From Pseudovirgaria hyperparasitica (lineage: Eukaryota): a stretch of 64,000 nucleotides of DNA. Below, piece after piece: positions 61,214 to 64,000 of this stretch. Numbering within the stretch: position 1 is the stretch's first letter; each line of letters starts with the position of its first letter. A program made the position numbers and the translations under genes. The DNA lies in NCBI GenBank assembly GCA_010093815.1, contig ML996578.1; one strand, written 5' to 3'. Under the pieces are notes generated by a model. That model worked only from the letters and a program-made list of their open reading frames with translations. It was not told where the DNA came from and made no database searches.

Positions 61214-64000
61214 GTTGGTGCTGATGCAAGATAGACAGACAGACTTGCAACTAAGATCTGATTGAAAAGGTCGAATTAAGTGAGCGAACCGCGTGACCAG
61301 CACACAGGAAAAACAATGACGATTAGATGGAAAGTGTGGTGATTGCGTATAGCGAAAGGTAAGAATGTGTCCTTTCTGAAGAGATTTATATACCTGTAGA
61401 CAGCCTGGTTCTCACTTACCATTACTTAAAAGGCGCACTGGCCTTGAAAATTTGAATCATTGCTCGGGCGTATCTTCTTCCACTTCTCTCCATCTCCACA
61501 AAGGGAGACGAAGTGACCAGCTTCAATCGTAGCATGACCTGAGGCACAATGACAGTCGCCATCGATGAACCGCTGCTGCCAAGAGTAAACAAACGCCAGG
61601 GCCTGAAACTGAGCGTCATTAGACGCATACGACCATAAAGCATGCACTGAGGCACAGTAGAGACAAGTACTGACAGACTTCCAGAATGTTTTCGAGATCT
61701 TCGCCCGGGTGTGGGGCAATTGTTTCAGAGGCTCGGTAGATGTCGTGGCGTGACCGATTAGCGTCTTCCTCAGACCTGTAACGATGTACTGGTGACTCTT
61801 GCTTCTTGATACTGGAGTGTATGATCTTTAAAAGGGCCGATTAGAACATGGTGACAACCTTGAATGGAACAATGAGATGAAACTGGGTTAGTGTGAAGAC
61901 GTGAAGCGTAGCGCTCGGACTTCGAAGACGAGTAGTCCAAGTTATCCATCTGCGAAATGGCAAAGAGGAGAAAACAAATGTGGTTCGAAACAGTGGATGA
62001 TCGGAATGCAAAGCGTGCTTTTACGGTGGCCTGATACCTTTTAGACCGGACAGTGACATGCATTGTCGAACCTTCGTTGAATCGGACCTACCGTTCAGTC
62101 GATCCATACTCTTAATGGTATATCGATACTTCATAAGGAAAATTTTCTTCATACCGTTGCCGCTTCAATGGACACAGAGGAGTGTGTAGCACCACGGTGC
62201 CTCAAGGAGATATTGTTTGACTAGCTCTCGACGCAGACGCTATCCTCAAATCATATATGGAATTACTGATTGTGGTTAGGGCTGTCGGAGACAGCAGCGT
62301 TACGATTGTCCTGTTATCTCTTGCCTCTTTGCCGCAGATACTGATACCCCAAGGCAGCCATCTGCTCTTGAGCATTTCTAGCAATGCTGAACACATCCTA
62401 TTGCGTTTCCCGAGCCCCTATGAGCCAAGCCGTAGAGCTGATAGAACTCACCTGTTGTCGCAGACGCTATGCAGTACCATCAGATAGAGCTCAATAGGAG
62501 TAAGGATCCCAGTTCTCAAACTTAGAGAGCAAGATACTCGTACGAAATCATCTATAAGAGCGATGTCGGCGTCACAATATTTCGAACACGAAGACTTTAG
62601 CAAGAATGTCCGGCCAGAATTCTCCAGGCATGAAGAAGGTCCCCGGTGCATGTTGATAGTGGTTGGCTAGCACCGTTCATAGCAACCGCAAGTCCAGCGA
62701 ATGCGGGCTAAAGCGTCAGTAGGCAGTAGAGCACACGGCGGTGATCGGATGCCGGCCGAGTATCATACTTTTCAACATGTATTCTGTTGCAAAATGATGA
62801 TTGAGTGCTGCGTATTGTCGCCAGGCGCAGAGCAGGCTGACTTATGTCGGCAGCGGGGTGTCGGCAAAAGACCATGTCTCCCTGATTATCGATCGCAGTA
62901 GTCATATTATCTCTTATAGCAATAAGAAATTTAGCCACATCGAGTTTCCAGGCTGTATCTAGAATACGATGCGCCTTGAAACGAGCCGAGCGCAAGCATC
63001 GTGAGAGGCGTGTGGTGTCGTGGGCATGTCGGCCGGGTCCGACAGTAGACACTACATAGGACGAGAATAGCGTCGCCGGCTAGGAATGCTGACAATGACG
63101 CAGATCTTGACGAATGCCATGCGCGATAGATCCAAGTGTAACGCGCGACCTGGGGCTATCTTCGTGGTTTTTGAGCTGCGTAGACAGGTCCTCAAGTTTC
63201 AACTTCCTCAGGAGTCAAGACAGTCTGTTTAGACTATTGGTTTAGTAAGATAAGACGTCTCCTAGAGCGAAGTGGAACTTTAGAAGCGAGAGTTCCGTAG
63301 TCGCGACATAAAGCGGTGCGTAGTAAGCGAATTGTATAGACAGAGCTATGATGAACATCATACAGTATATGTGGCGTTGAATGTGGCGGTGACGGCAGAA
63401 GCGGGTCTGGGCAGGCCCGCACCGTTCAGCCCTTTCTGTTCACAGCCAATCAGCACTCATCCCTTTATCATAAATGACAACAAACACATACACAAGGCAA
63501 GAAAAGACACCCCACTTCCCCACAATAAAAAGACGACCACTTCCGCCCCAAATGACGGCCGAGCAGTTTTATCATCAAAGCAACGGGGCGTGACGCACAG
63601 TGTAGAAGGAAAAGAAGACAAAAGGATCGAGTCCACGGCCGGGCCCGCTTTCACATCTCCTATTACTCCTCCCATCTGCCGTCCTCCGCCCTCCGTCTTC
63701 CGTTCCACGCGGCCCTCTAACACTCCCTGCAGTAGTAGCAGAACTTCCCGTCCCCTCCTACTAAATGCTACGTAGAAGGACTTTGGTCTAGCCAAACGGC
63801 CATTTCCATCCTCCACTAGACTATGGTGCGGCCATGGGTTAAGGCCTTATCATTGATGGCCATTATTCGTCCTGCCATGTCCGGATCTTCTGTCCTCGTG
63901 TCGGGTTCTTTCCAAATGATTATATGTCCTACCTGGGTCGCTGTTTCTTCCATTTTTATGCATTGTAGGGCTGTATCGACATCCACAATCACAATCACAT

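Noticed and set aside
60261..61234. Plus-strand hydrophobic ORFs of 286 and 282 aa
   Set aside because: They are antisense shadows of the copy C repeats; the signal peptide and paralogous promoter support the minus strand.

Overview
Gene-dense window from a filamentous ascomycete (Pezizomycotina, probably a Dothideomycete; GT-AG introns with CTRAY branch points, abundant microsatellites). Positions 1-56.7 kb hold mostly conserved genes: DUF1769 protein, CAP59/CMT1 mannosyltransferase, F-box-like protein, CSE1, TSC2, a cytochrome b5-domain protein, a small mitochondrial protein, an ERCC6L2/Rad26-like SNF2 ATPase, a hypothetical protein, a G1-type cyclin with a 7.7 kb upstream region, UTP4, PNG1 (catalytic Cys replaced), a SUR7/PalI protein, a DUF1399 protein, KHA1 and SLX4. 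Beyond SLX4 the window becomes accessory-like. It has two RIP-mutated MITEs and a head-to-tail array of three small secreted-protein genes. The three copies share promoter, 5'UTR, signal peptide and 3'UTR, but their mature regions are almost unalignable. Each ends in a short, probably amphipathic peptide after an Arg. This candidate diversified prepro-peptide (toxin/antimicrobial/effector) family is the most interesting signal. All family assignments come from motif recognition by eye; no searches were run.
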